Source: Balanoglossus misakiensis (Eukaryota; Animalia; Hemichordata). From it: a stretch of 64,000 bases of DNA. The notes below the pieces were generated by a model. That model was not told the origin of the DNA, ran no database searches, and saw only the letters and a program-made list of their open reading frames with translations. The first letter of the stretch is position 1. Each line of letters opens with the position of its first letter. Shown here piece by piece: positions 49,984 through 64,000 of this stretch. The stretch spans positions 7,459,919 through 7,523,918 of the forward strand of contig CM082584.2 of NCBI GenBank assembly GCA_040954595.2, read 5' to 3'. Both the position numbers and the translations under genes were made by a program.

Positions 49984-52175
49984 CAGATGGCTGCCATAAA
50001 GAATAGCCGTTTGGCAATCGAAAATGACTGAAAATTGATTTTGAACTTGTCGATTTTCTCCTTTGAAATAAGTACGACCCAATATAAACAAGTCATTGTC
50101 AATGACATAGTCCCCGCTGATCAAACGCTCAGTAAAACAAACTCAGAGCAGATGTGTTGTAGTGGACAGAAAGGGTTCTTTTGTCTGTTCCGTTTTTCCT
50201 TCCTTGGTGAAGTTGTCGTCGTCGTTCAATCGGTCATGGGTACATATACAAAGGTACCTCTGTAACATACCACATTGAAGATTATCCCCTAAACTTTGTT
50301 GAGTGACCGTGCTCATTCAAGCAAGTGTGCTTCACCTGATCCGTGTAACGGGACGCCCTTGTCACATAACAACCTCCAGTTTTGCAGAAAGACAACTGAA
50401 ATGATGGACCTAAGTCGTTGTTGAATGTAATTGTTGTGTTGTGTTTACCATTTTACCGGGCGACAAATACGCCGCCGAATTCGCACCGAATTTTATCGAG
50501 TAATCTCAAACAATGAGCTTTTCACGCCATTTCAAGCGGAGAAATTCGACATGTTATACCCGGTGCTCCGTTGTCTTCGCCCGCCGGTCTTGTATAGAAA
50601 ACACGTTCTCCGATTACCTGTCGCTAAGCTGTGCACCGTTTAGGGGACGTCAAGCATTCGGTGGAGAGCAGCGCTTAGCAAACACTGAGAGACTTCTCGT
50701 CTTTTGTTGCTCTCTACACAAAATCAACATGCTTTCTCTCGCTAATAACCTCTCGCTGTCAGTAACTTCGAAATAAGGACAATGAAAGTTAAACAACTCG
50801 CTGCGTCTGATGTTTCCCTTGTCAGTATTTTGGAGCGAGAGGGAGAGAAAAAAAGACATTAACTGTGTTGCCCCAGTGCTATTCGACATTTCAGTACACA
50901 CAATTATCATGTCCCCACATTGTTCCCATTCCAGTATAAACACAGAGAAACTATTTGTTGTCATTCAGGTGACACAAAGCGCGCTATTTTGTTGACTTCA
51001 CAAATCACTTTTTTACGCTCTCGTTAGTGTACCAGTGCACAACGCTTAGCAAATACGTTTAGTGTAGTACACGTAGTTTTTAAGTGTCTTCGGAATCTGT
51101 TTCAAGTTTCAGTAACTGAGCCACGCCGCAGACACAACGTTTTCCGCAACCGAAAAGTTCGATTTTAAATTAAACGTATGTCTGTTGATCGTGTTTCGTT
51201 TTCTTATCTCAAACCTGGACTGGCCACGATTCATTGCTACAGCATTAATGATTCCAGTATAAAATTTTTATCGACGTGACCTCCCTGCTGTCGTCATATA
51301 TTCTCTTCATTGATAATTGATTCTGTGATTAACGCTTCATGAGTTACCATACAAATATACGCTGACACCCTTTAAGGCTAAGTGAAAACAACCCGGTTTC
51401 CTTGGTGATATTTTTTGTCATAACAGTCTCTCCGTGTTGTTCGATGTTTTGTTTTAGCTCTCGGCATTCTGTGTTTAAACCAGATGACGTCCCGTCGTTC
51501 TTACACTGGGAGCGAATACGTCAGTTCTTATTGATTTTGTACTAAGTATACGAGTACAGCCAACAAAAAACAACATTTAGAACTTTGGTATTTATTTTAA
51601 ATACTTATAACTAAACGATCTCAAATGCCGATTTATAAACATTAAACCAAATAACTGTTGAATAATTCTTAAAAAGTCAATATACAATGATTATTTGATG
51701 ATAAAACTTTAAACCCCGATAATTTCTCGACCAGAAAAATCAAATAACCATATTTGTAAGTACTGTTGACGAATGTCATGGTAAAATCTCGGTGAATGTG
51801 TGCGAAGGGGTTTGTGTAAAATTAAGAAGATAAAAAAAACTTGGAGTCAAATGATACATGATATGCACAAAAGACGTGACACCTCACACTTGCATTGCTC
51901 ATACATGTACTATTATGCCATATAGACCCTGCATTAAAGAAATTGAAACGAAAATGCGCCAGCTGTCTAAAGCCAACATAGGTAATCCCCGATCATTCCT
52001 TGTGTTATATGAATACTGCTCTTTCAGTTATGCTGGCGACACAAACCCAGCAGATGATGAAATGTCTTGGAAACGGAGAATTTTCTCTAAAATTCAGAAT
52101 AATGATTTGATGTTGATATGCCACGTGTACTGTCAGCGCTTTTGGTTGACTTGACGAAATCTGACGCCGCCGATG

Positions 52176-52850
52176 TTATTCTGCGTAAACGCCGTACACG
52201 ACTGCTACGCAAAACACCGAAGGGTTTCTGTACTCGTAAGAAACGAAGGTGTCGACCGCCGTGTCCCATACTGCTCGGCTGCCTATACTTATCCCTTGGT
52301 GTTCAGTGGCGCCGATGTTCACGATCACGATGACCCTGTAGCGGTCGATTTTCAGTCCCTTGATCCAGTCCTTGATTTCGTCCGACAGCAGGCGGCACTG
52401 TATCGCCGACGTCTTGGGGTCGTACTTGGCTCCTTCGAACCGGCTGTCGATCAGCCCGGCCATCATGTGGAAGATCTGCGGCTCGTACTCCCTGAAGGTG
52501 TTGTTCGGCTCCAGCTTGTAGGTCGGCTGGACGGTGACGCGGGGCGTCGTCGGTTTGGCTTTGGGCCGGTCGCTGAAGGAGAGGAAGCTGGACCCGCGCA
52601 GCTGCCTGGCCGTCGAGCGCAGCTTCAGGTTCCTCGTCAGTCGCTTGGCCGCGAGCAGCCCGCGCAGCCCCAGCAGGGGGCCCTGGTGGGACGGCGTTGC
52701 CGCCAGTTTGCCGTTGTTCCCCGATCCTCTGTCGCCGGCATCTTTCTTCGGGTTCCCCGACAGGGACGTGGATGTGGTCGCCGAGCCCGAGCTGGCCACG
52801 GAAATCTTCCGTTCCGATGTCGGCCCTTTCCTGACCAACGCGTTCATCAT
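52176..52850 (-). CDS. Tctex-1-domain dynein light chain (TCTEX1D/DYNLT4-5-like), single coding exon, 224 aa
   Basis: C-terminal PTYKLEP...YDPKTS...LSDEIKDWIKGLKIDRYRVIVIVNIG....QGISIGSRAVWD...DTF.SY.Y.N.SVFCVAVVYGVYAE is a typical Tctex-1 domain. First ATG at 52850, downstream of a plausible acceptor at 52919-52920; the ORF-track start is TTG. Confidence 0.85.
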   Translation of the reverse strand: MMNALVRKGPTSERKISVASSGSATTSTSLSGNPKKDAGDRGSGNNGKLAATPSHQGPLLGLRGLLAAKRLTRNLKLRSTARQLRGSSFLSFSDRPKAKPTTPRVTVQPTYKLEPNNTFREYEPQIFHMMAGLIDSRFEGAKYDPKTSAIQCRLLSDEIKDWIKGLKIDRYRVIVIVNIGATEHQGISIGSRAVWDTAVDTFVSYEYRNPSVFCVAVVYGVYAE

Positions 52851-55800
52851 CTTTCGGTCCGGCAGAGCCCCCACCTCAGTTTCGGTGAGCGCAAAACCAG
52901 GGGCAGGAGGATTTCCCACTATAGAGATACAACAGGTGCTTTTCTTCAAACGAACACAATCGCACCCGGCGCTTAGTCTTCAGAGCGCATGCAGTTATGA
53001 GGTCCTGCCACGGTCCAATGGTCACCCTCGCACCCGTCACCAGTTATGTATATGCCCCGTGTGCCAGGGAACAGCGCACACAAGAGAGGTGATTCGCCGG
53101 CGTGGTTACAACCTCGGCCCTTTGATTTTAGTATTCAGGGAGCAAACAGTCACTTAGTGTCGACTCCACGACCTTCAATGATCGCGACTCCTCTATCAAT
53201 GCTCCATCCGTGAATAAAGCAGCCACCCTGTCTGTAAATATAACTCAACCTGCAGAAAAAAAGAGAAAGCAAACAAACAAGAACATAATAAATACAGAAG
53301 TGAGTGAATGAAAGACTCTAGAAGTGATTCGTGTCCGTTTTCTTCAAGCCTGACGACTGTTTACTTTTCTTTCTGTTGTCGTTTCTCTCTTTCCCCCTTT
53401 TTTGTCATTCTTCCAATCATTAATAACCTCGCTCTTAAACGCACGACATGTACACTCTATTATACAGTTTACTGTCCGACCCGACCGTACACTGTTGGCC
53501 TCGAGGTCTAATGTACTCAGCGCGGAACAACTCTTCATGACTCCCCTTGATATTGTCCGCGCGTGTGAACGACGGAAATTGCGCTAAATTCCGAGCGCGG
53601 CCCTCTCATTCCGCTGTTTCCGACACGGCGTCATCGACACGGCCGTTCGATGGCTGGGATAGCTCGTGATCACCAGATTCTTTATATTCTTTGTCAAAAT
53701 AAAAACGCACGAGGACCTGAATGACAACGCATGCCTGATGGTCCGCGGTAGCACTCCGTCGCCATGACTACCGGTAAACTAAAGGGGCGATCCATCCCGA
53801 ACTCACGATGATCACGACAGAACAGATAAGGATAATGAATCCGCTGATGTATGGAGCAAATCCCGCGAGAAGACTCCCGCGGTTGGCATGGCAACACGTA
53901 AACATAAATCAAATGCTCTATTTTCCCCGGAGGATTTGCCACCTCATACTTTGGTTATTCGATTACCGATGTTTTAAGTCAGCCGTGTCAAATCAAATAA
54001 AGCCACCGCTATAATTGCTGTTAATTCAAGCTCTGGTACGGAAAGGGGTGACAGAGACTGCGCAGAGAGATGTTGGGCCGATAAGCAAGACCAGAACGGG
54101 TCTTTAGTAAGTTCAACTATGTTTGGATTGTTGTTGTTGTGTATTTCTACGTACTATGTATTCCATAATTCTACTGCTCCGATGAATGTATATTAATCTG
54201 TTAGTTTTAAAAGGATTGGTCAATTATCTGCTACTTTTGGGGAGGAAGTACGACCAATCCCTTTCAATTACGGGTCAGGCCAATTTGAGAAATTGTCGAG
54301 AATACCGACACCACTCTCTCCGAAACACGACAGCATTGTCGCCATTCGCTACATGGAGACACCGAAGTGATAAATAACAGGTTCACGCGTTACCATGGCA
54401 GCGTGACTGGACCACCTTGCACAGGCAGTACATATTAGAAACCTACAAATTGCATGAAAGCAACGCTGCAGCAGAAACACATGTGTTATAATAATAGCAT
54501 GACATATCGGTATTACCCCCTAACTATGTGTGGACGTGACTGGAATTGGTGATGAAACCACGGGCGCGCGGCTGCATCTTGCCGAGTATATGTAGAACCA
54601 GGAATGCATGCCACAGACAAAGACAAAAATACAGATGTACTTTTTCCTTTGTCTGTGCACAATGGACGGACCATGTTAGTGCATACATTCCCCGCAATGA
54701 GTAGTGTGTACTCGCTTACAACTAATGTCGAATTTATTTAAAATCGTAGGCGGCAGTCTCTTTTAACTGTCTAGGTTTACTTAAACATGCATTATTTACA
54801 GCACCGTCTCATTGCTTCCGTTCTCCTTTCTATATTACATGATCATAAGTCCGTCTATGGACTCATCCATCTTCTTTCAGGAAGAGAAGCAGTTCCTTCA
54901 CCCCCCCCCCCCACCCCCGTATCATATGTGGCCCGCCTCTCTCCTCTGCAGTCAGTCGATCGATTTTTAGGAATACGTGCGCTGATTTCTATCATTCTCA
55001 AAATGCATCGCCAAACTGAACTAACCCCATACGGATGAATTCCAAACGATGGCTTCACATGCACGTATGTTTTCCGCACTCGTTTGAAAGTAATGGGATC
55101 GTATATTTTCTCGAACGCTTCCAAACACTTGCACAGCCAATCCTATTTTTGATATACTACGCTCTCTTCCAATGCATACCTTGTAAGCCTACTATAGGTG
55201 AATAAAAAAAACATCACCTTGCTAAGAATATTATGCATCACTCATTTTGTATAACAACCATCCCGCGTCTTCGCGTATTCACCACATGTCAGAGAAAAAA
55301 CGGTTTATAGTACTCAGCTGATTCCAAGTGTATCCAAAACATGTAGTTTTATCGAGTGGGTCGTATAGAAATGAGTTATGGTTATCCAGTATGAAATTAC
55401 AAAAACATACATTGCACTCCCAGTGTTGATACAAAATTACTGACAAACGTTTAATAATATTCCTTAACATTATTTGTACAGTGCAAAACGTACAAATAAT
55501 ATAATCACAGTATATATAATCCTCTTATGCGTCAGGTGGTGCAAAGTGCCTGTCAGGGATACGTGGCTGAATGAATTGAATTGCAGTATTCATAGAGTAT
55601 TCAGTATGAAATGTTTGTCGAGCCAATGTTATGATATATGTTTGTACATGTATAAATAAACCGCGTTTTGCCACTGCAGTGCTTTCATTTGCTTTATTTT
55701 AGTTTTTTGTGCGAGAAATATTCGTGTTGTCTAGATCGCGCAGCCAACCCATGTGGATGTGAATTTTGGGTGGCATAAAGTTATAAACAAGGACTTTAGT

Positions 55801-57655
55801 TCCGTGTCGAAAAGGGCTAAGGAAAGATCGTCATGGCAGAAAAAAATAAGTCGAAACAGCTGACATTATGATTATGCGCGTAAAATTAGGTGAACAGATT
55901 TCCCTACAAACCGACAACTAATAATGAATTGAAGGGACTAAATGCAATTATTATCGGCTGTCATGTCTAATGAATATGAATAATTACTGATATGTAGCGC
56001 CACGGAGTAACAGGGTATTTTTTATTCGGACGAAGTGGTTTGTTCAATACCCCTGTATCAGCAACGTCTGACGCAGGAAATTGCTCAAAATGACTCAAAT
56101 TGAGTTTCGTCATCTTTAGTACGGTGTCAATTGGCTTCACTTGAAAATCGACATGTCCTCTTTTGGAGAGAGTGGTGTGGATATTAGATTTTCGCTTACC
56201 GAATAATCTGGCGTGGTTGACATACGCTTGGGTTCAGTCGGTACAGTGAGCTGCGATTTAGTTGTATTCAATATCGCTGAATGACACGAAATGATGGAGC
56301 GGATGACGATGTTCATAATTTTAACGGGCGCCAGCGCAGACCACCTGTTAATGGGATAGAGCGCCATCAGTGGCGACATCGGCCAAAATACTGTATACCA
56401 GTAAATGTGATAGATTATGCAAATGGCGAACGTTGCGTTTTGTCATCATCCGTCCACAGGGGCCGTGGTTTTGTCCGGTTTAAAGATCTTTATTCGTCAC
56501 GTTTCTTTACGTCACCCTTCATGGTGTTAAGTTTGAAAACTTGCAATGACAGATAACTCTGCTATTTAAACCAAACATCTGTAGGCCGATATAGAAAGGA
56601 GAAAGCTTAGTAATGGCTAGGGCAAGCTGGAAAAATTGCATATGATATGATGAGATTGCACAATCCCGTACCAAATATTTTGTTTTAATTTTCACATGAC
56701 TTTATGACGTCATCACGTGATGATGAGGGATCGCCTGGTTTGGCGACATGACAAGATATTTTTTATTTGCTTGGTTTGATAAGTTACCAGCAAATCTCTA
56801 ACATGACAAAAGAATTTGTTTGCAGATATGGGTTCGCAGCGGATACACTCAGTATGCGTCATAATAGGTTAATACAATGTATAGTTCGTACAAATTTGGT
56901 ATACGGTTACAGTTTCGAAATAGCAAGACCTGATATAGACCTGTGTGGCTTGTGAATTTATTACATTATCAAATATCAAAAGTTTTCTGGTGAAAGCTGT
57001 CTATAAGGAACACCTTGATATCATTGTCATATACAAAGAACAACTTCAAGATTATGAAACCTACTACAGATATTAATCGTAGAAGCGTATGCATAAACTG
57101 AGATATACTTTTCTTACGTGGCTTGGACTATTTTTCGAATGAAAACTAGCTGTCTGTGATTGACTGTAGTTATTTTCCGGTGTTTTGTAACCTTACACAT
57201 TCAGAAACCCACGCCCCATAAAGTAATTTTAACTGTTAACTCCGTCGTTGGTACGGACAGAAAGCATATACATGTATTGACATGACAGAGGGCTTATAAA
57301 CAAAAAGACCTGACGCCCCCAACTTGACAACATGGCGTTGTTTGACCCAGTTACAGTGACCGATTGCTTTAATCTTCACTGTGCGGATTCTAAGATTATT
57401 GAAGATTCGACTGCCCTCAGTTGTGTGTTCTTGGTGGGCGGGTCATATTGAGAGGTGTGTGACTAATTCCTTTAGTTAGATGCGGCAACACAGTGCTGGA
57501 GTTTCGATCGGGGATGAAATGACTGGACCATAGGCTCTTGTTGAGTTTTCAGTTTCTGAATCATGCTGAGTCGCACTCGGGTGTGCGATCATGATGAAAT
57601 CGCGCCCGTGATTTTTTTTTGCGTATTGCGTTCACATTGACTCGATATCTGCATG

Positions 57656-57756
<101 letters not shown>

Positions 57757-58767
57757 CACTTAACCGGCTACAAAGACCGCATATAACAATAGATGATACA
57801 CTGTGAAGACTTGCTGGCTTCCTATACTCTGTATATTGTGTTTGCTTTCGACAAATCACTATTATCATGATTATAAATGTACTATCCCAATGGAAACGCT
57901 TACACAGTAGATGCGTTGTTTGCGCAGATGCCCTCTGTCCTCAAATGACCTTACCCACTGGTGAACATGTGTATCGTTCCGCCACCAAAAACAAAGTGCA
58001 CATTTGTTGTTATCAGCACTGAACATATCATTAGGTGTAAGACAGCATACATGTTACCTTATTTATTTATTTCCCCCAAGTGCTAAGTTTTGAAACGTTG
58101 TTAAAGGCATTTCTGTCGATTTGACTGATGTGCGGAGTGATACAATGCGCTTCAATTGTTTACTGTACTGGTATTAGTACATTGCACTGCACTGGGTCAT
58201 TCAGTGAACCATTGTGTAGTACGTACGCTACGGGCTACAGGAAGAAATGTACATGTAGTTTATTGGTAAGATAGAAGTCGTTGTAGAAGACCCTACTCGT
58301 TTGTTCCGCAATATTTTACAAGGATACAGCCGTGTAATTTCGGGACCACTCGTTCGGTATTCTGTGGTGGGTGTCGCAAGTTACAGTCAAGTACTGGGCC
58401 GTAGGCCTGTCCACTTACCAGCTGGCAGCACACGACGTGAGCGTGTTTACTCGCGGTCAATGGTAACAAATGTATCTATAAATAGATATACGGGTGAAAC
58501 TGACAACAGCGGCCACAGGCATGGAGACAATTGATGTTCCGATGCGGCAATGTCGAATTCACGACGGATCGCGATCATTCGGTCGCACCCACAGCGCGAT
58601 CGGTCACATCGCCACGAAGAGAGAGCAGTCCTGTGAGTTGCAGTGGACGCGCAACAGGGAGCGACGCAACGTCACTTACGAAGCTCGACACATTGACACA
58701 CATCCGTCATGGATTCCAAATTTTCTTAAGTAGGTATTTCCAACTTTGCCATGTTTATTGGTGCTGC

Positions 58768-58845
58768 AGATAGAGAGAGATAGACAGAGACAGACAGACA
58801 GACCCCGGAGACAGACAGACCGACAGCGAGAGAGAGAGAGAGAGA
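58768..58845. repeat. (GACA)n/(GA)n low-complexity tract
   Basis: Direct reading. Confidence 0.8.
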
Positions 58846-61800
58846 CCACTTTCGCTTTCTTTCTTTTTTTCCGCATACAGACCGGGCTGGGATTGGAACT
58901 GGGGTTAGGCCTACACAAAAAAGATTCGAGATGAGTCACTTGATGGTTTTACACAAGAGTTTTTACAGCCTTAACGACGGATGCCATGTACCAATGTGTA
59001 CCAAGTAGATATTTAACCACCCGCCTGCAAGCCCACAGTTGGCCTATATACATGGGTCGATCGCTCGCCCTAGGCCTTACGTAAGAGTCGCAGCCCAACG
59101 GGGTCACAATGACCTTGAAGTGGCTTTGGGGGATTTCAATCCATTTGTTTTATCCATGGGAAGGGAGCATTTTATATTTCAGACCAATTTTCCGAGCTTT
59201 TCCCGGTATCAATGTCACGACAATTTAGCGTCTACTTCCGTATACATTGTACGTACACTATAGGTCACCTGGTTCTGCTAACGACCTGTAGTATTAAAGT
59301 ACGCGTAGTAGCTAGGCCTATTAGTCTGTATTGATTATTTGAGAAAAATATTTCAAGCGACAGAAGCCCCTTAGCCTTTCGGGCTGCCGGACTTCAGAAT
59401 GCCGAGGAAATCATGAAAGTTGCAGTGGGTCCAGTCGTCTGTCAAAATTCTCAAGCAAGAACATCAAACGTATTCTTGTGATGTGCAGGGATATATATAT
59501 ATACATAGATGAGACCGAGTCTTGAGTGTGTTCCAGGTCTTCCAGATCTTTTACTCCACCATTATAGCAGTAAAACGCGTCTATAAAGGTAAAATATGTG
59601 TAAATCTCAATTCGGTGTGTAATGCAGGAAGGTGTCGTAATTATTGTTGTGAAATGGACTAGTACTGTCACGCGAGGTGCAAACGTGACCCAGGGAAAAG
59701 TTAGGCCAACAGTGTAGACTTTGCAAATATGACCACAATAAAAGAACAATAGGATGGATCAATCGTTAAATCCTGTCTGCTATAAATAACAATGTTTGCT
59801 ATAAATAGCGATTTGAATAGTTTCTTTAAGGATTCTTCTCGGTTGTTTAACAGTCTGACAAGTAGCTGTCTGTCTGTCTGTCTGTCTGTCTGTCTTTCGT
59901 CAGTTTCTGAGTGTGTTCGGGCATGGACGTATGGTTCGGGTATGTGTACGTACATACTAGTACACAGTGTGTACATGTGTCCATTTTTATGTAAAGCGAG
60001 CGATATACTAGTAATTGTAGACCCGTCTAGTGTTGGCATGGGTTGCAGTTACACAACTAGACTTATAAAAAATATAGTAGCCGCGATGAAAACATGTTTG
60101 AAGGATCATGACAGCTATGACGATAACCCGTTGTATTATGCGACACCCGAAGCCGCACGTTCCGTAAACACGACCCGGATAGAGAGACCAGCTTGACGCA
60201 GTGAATTGACCTATATACACCCGAGTGGTTAGCTTTGTATAAAAAAGAGACACATAAGTAGTTTTCAGTTATCAGCCTACTATACTGTACAATAAATGTT
60301 TCAAATCTGTATATCAGAAGCAAGAACTGTGTCACCTTGACACGTTAAAAGATATGTGTTTATGGTATAGGTCACGTTTTCTACCGAGATGTGAAGAAGA
60401 CGGCAACATCGGGCACTGAAGATTTATTCGCTATAGGGCATAGGACTGAGAGTTGGGCAGTGGGTCAGGGACATGACGTGACGTGATGTCAGAGGGGATT
60501 TTGTGTTGCATACAAAAGCCCAATATGGTACGGTGTTGCTGCAGAATAACTTAAATACAGGGGGTGATGACCGCACGAATGTTCTTCTTTGGTTCATCCG
60601 AAAGATCCTCATACCGGGCGTATACAGCTTATAGGGCGTGGCACAAACTGCGTGGGGGAGGGGGGGGGGTGAATAACCACATCACGGACATTCTAGTCTT
60701 GCAATGTTGCGTGTTTTGACGATTGAAATCCACCATAAATGCAGTGGGCATTTCTGGCGACTTGGTCGGTCCGTCGATCGCATAGGCGAGATCGTCTGCT
60801 TTGTCTCTTCCGTGCGACATCATCTCAACTTTAATACGTTGACGTCAGGACCACAGACAAAGTCTGTGTCAGGACGAATAATGCGCCGCCCATTAATTCT
60901 TGACGTCACAGCTCGAGTCAGTGGTACAACGACCGTCCTCGTCCAGTAAAAAAACGGTAATAATGTGTAAAAGATATTACATGAAACACATTGATTTTTT
61001 GACACGATGGTCCCGGCGAAGTATAAACGCTTTAATACAAACGCGACCACACGGATGTAAAAACGTAAAGGGGAACGCAAACAATTTCCTTATTTTGAGC
61101 GTGATACTAGCACTTTTTTTCAGCGCAAACAAAAGTCACCGACCCTTTCAACAACTTGTAAGTAAATAAATCCTACATTACAGGCCAGCACCTTGTCATA
61201 GGGCTGCTGCCATAAAGATATGTCAAAGATGATTGATAGTTTTGTGTTTGTTCATGCGGCGACTGCTAACAAGATTAATTGTATTTAGGGATGCACACGA
61301 AGTATGTAAAAGAGCACCCCGTTTGTTGTATTGATACTAATGATAGCAAGACTCATAATTATGCCAAGCTTGTCTGAACAAAACAAAACGACATACATAC
61401 AGTGGGTGCGTATGGTACGATACTCCTGTTGACAGCATTTCACTTTTCATCCGCATAACCCCCAAAGAGTCTCAGCGCCGTTTGTTACGTGTATAAAACT
61501 ACCCGCACCAAATGTCAGACTGGAAATTTATTGTTTTTACCACCCCCGGCCCCCGTTACATACCATTTTGGGCAAGGTTGTTTGTTTCGTGAAACGTTAT
61601 TTACACGACAGTCTGTGTGTGTGTTGTTCAATGGTTCAGATGAGGGCCAAGGCTGTTGTCCATTCTCAGTGAAAGTAGTCCCGGCAATATACTGTGGGAC
61701 GTTTGCATACAATATGTATGCACGTGATTTATCGCGCATTGTGAATCACGTGTCGCTTGAAAATATTAAATAATAAAACATTTTGACACTGCCATTGTTG

Positions 61801-63690
61801 CTCATTATCACCATGGAAAATTCCAACGCACCGACAACCTATTACCAGCGGAATTTAACTAGGTAGCTAACTGGCTGACTTCTGATTGATTGATTGATTG
61901 ACTAAAGTAATTGACTGGCTGACAAATTTAATAGTGAACTGGTAAAACAAAGATGCCACCGTCCATTATACAGTAGAAATCATGTTGTATGATAAGTATA
62001 CTCCGGGCCTATATGATTTACTGATAAATAGATGTCCAGAACACTTTTTGTACCTTGTCAGCGTATCACTTTGGGGGTCAGTCTGTTGCTATGGAGGCAG
62101 ACTCCGAGTCAATGTTATGTGTGCAATGCATTGAGGCTATAGTATTGCCCCCTATGACTGTTAAAGATCATTTGGTCCGGTTGTCTCTCACTGCATGCAG
62201 GGTTTCACTTCTATATAGATGATGGAAATGCAGAAGTGTACAAAACCTCACACGGCTGCATTAACCGTCCAAATTGACAAAAAAGATGCACGTGTCGTCA
62301 TTGAATGGTGTTCCACATCCGAGTATGAAGTACTCCGCCTCCGCTACTTGTGTGTGGAAAGCCACGACTTACTTTTCTCACTTACTTTTCTCACTTTTCA
62401 CCGTCAACAGGTTTCTTTTTGGCGAAGTGATTTGGTCCATAGCCCCCTGTCCTGCACACCACATGTACTACATGTATGTGGATTAAGTTTGGGCACTGTC
62501 ACGCGTGGACATACTATACATAACATGTATAGTATCTGGTAAATTGATTAGCATGACTAGAGAATTTCTATACATATTGGTCAAGACATCTATACTTTTA
62601 CCCAACCGCTGCTTGTGTTTCTCGACTTGCATTTATTCTGCCTCGGGTATAGTCCTACAGAACCTAAACAAACAAACAAACACGATAAGAACTGTACACA
62701 TTGGTGACAATGATATATGACCTGAGCTGTTTATGATCCAAGGTCACTTTTGGGTCTCATGACCAGTACAAGTCTGACAGTCCCAGTCTGACCGACTTAG
62801 ACGAAACTGAAAATACATAAGCCGGACCAACGGGATGTTGCTTTAACACCGAAATTCACCGAAAGTGGCATATCACTTTCGTATTCAGGAAAAAAAGTAA
62901 TATTCGGAATAGTCAGTTAGAATCCCATCAGCTGCGCCCGATATTGCGACCTCTAATACGTCGGATAGTTTTCTTTAAATCAAGCAAAAAAACTGATATT
63001 AAGTATGTCTTGTCAAAAAGTTGTCATTTTTCACGTGATTTTAGGGTGGTGTGATGTCCCATTTATAGGTTTTACATAATCATTGCGAAAGAAAAATTAA
63101 TGCGGTTGAGAACTTCCTTGTGACTTACATCATGTGATGATATGTGATCGTTGCCTGGGTGTGATCACCGACCAAATTATAACAGTTAAAGTTTTATGAC
63201 GACGTTTTTGCGTGACTGCCTCGTAAAAGATTGGTCACCTTTTCAAGTGGCCGCGTTAAGTTGTGACAGTTGGTTCTGGATTCTGGCGTGAAGTCAGAAG
63301 AATTGTCGCGAATTTCTCCGATAGTTTGAAGAAAGGAATGTCTAGGAGGTTAGCAAGAACGCCGTAATTAGCTTAGCCTATCATTTGGCATCCCTGAAAG
63401 ACTATCGGATGATAATAACATGTTTACACCCCACAGCAGACAAATATTTTCCATTCGCGACCTCCCACACTTCAAGGTATGATGACTATGAGCAATGGAC
63501 TATGAGGTACAGTCCTCGTGAAAAGTGATGACATAATTTCACGATGCAAATATATTGTAGGCCTTCGCGTGGACTTCGCCATTCCTTCTAGGCCGTCGGT
63601 CCGTACGTACGCCACAAGGTGTTATCTCGTGAATGTACAATAACTTTTAACGGCTTATCGATTTGTTTTCCTGAATCGAGCCCACGCACC

Positions 63691-63913
63691 ATGCTCCCTG
63701 TTTTAAAATTGGCGTGGACTAAACTGACCGACCGTATCTCTGTCCTCGCCCCCAGGAAATGGCAACAGAGGGAGCCCTTCGTCTACTGGAGCCAGAGGTA
63801 CGCCGCACTCCCCGCGATGTACGTCGACAAGCTGTCCAGGGATATTTTTGCGTCCTACTCGGGGCCGAATGGTGGACTTACCAACATCGAACCCGAGGAA
63901 ACACTGAAGAGAG
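63691..63913 (+). CDS. Candidate first coding exon of an unidentified gene continuing past the window
   Basis: ACCATG start, GC-rich open frame MLPVLKLAWTKLTDRISVLAPRKWQQREPFVYWSQRY...PEETLKR, plausible donor AG|GTGGGT. No recognised homology. Confidence 0.3.
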
Positions 63914-64000
63914 GTGGGTTTTACCCCATAAATAATACTATCGTTATTTGATTAGTTTTCCGCGAATCAGCCTGCTTGGGTCCAGGATATTTTTTTGTCG

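Noticed and set aside
52173-53157. Long plus-strand ORFs (267 and 207 aa) overlapping the Tctex gene
   Set aside because: Antisense shadows of a GC-rich CDS; no recognisable motifs.

Overview
Gene-dense, spliced (GT-AG) animal genomic DNA. Short introns and vertebrate-like orthologues suggest an invertebrate deuterostome, but that is inference. Exon chains were rebuilt by hand, with reading phase checked at every junction. Gene order: ZNF367 (minus, 4 exons), head-to-head with a SERBP1/HABP4-family RNA-binding gene (plus, 5 exons); a ~21.4-kb tandem array of seven intact 4-exon TauD/TfdA-family 2OG-Fe(II) dioxygenase genes (six minus, one plus) plus one exon-1 relic; EIF2B2 (minus, 12 coding exons), head-to-head with mitochondrial prolyl-tRNA synthetase PARS2 (plus, 12 exons); a Tctex-1-domain dynein light chain gene (minus); then ~11 kb of mostly non-coding, motif-rich DNA with candidate first exons of an unidentified gene. 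The standout is the dioxygenase array. Its enzymes carry the HNEM (His-x-Glu) signature of bacterial SyrP/DdaC-type natural-product oxygenases, mitochondrial-presequence-like N-termini, variation clustered near the active site and a mosaic gene-conversion pattern. Several small foldback elements (MITEs) are present, one supported by an empty paralogous site, plus a divergent pair of CTCF-like motifs.
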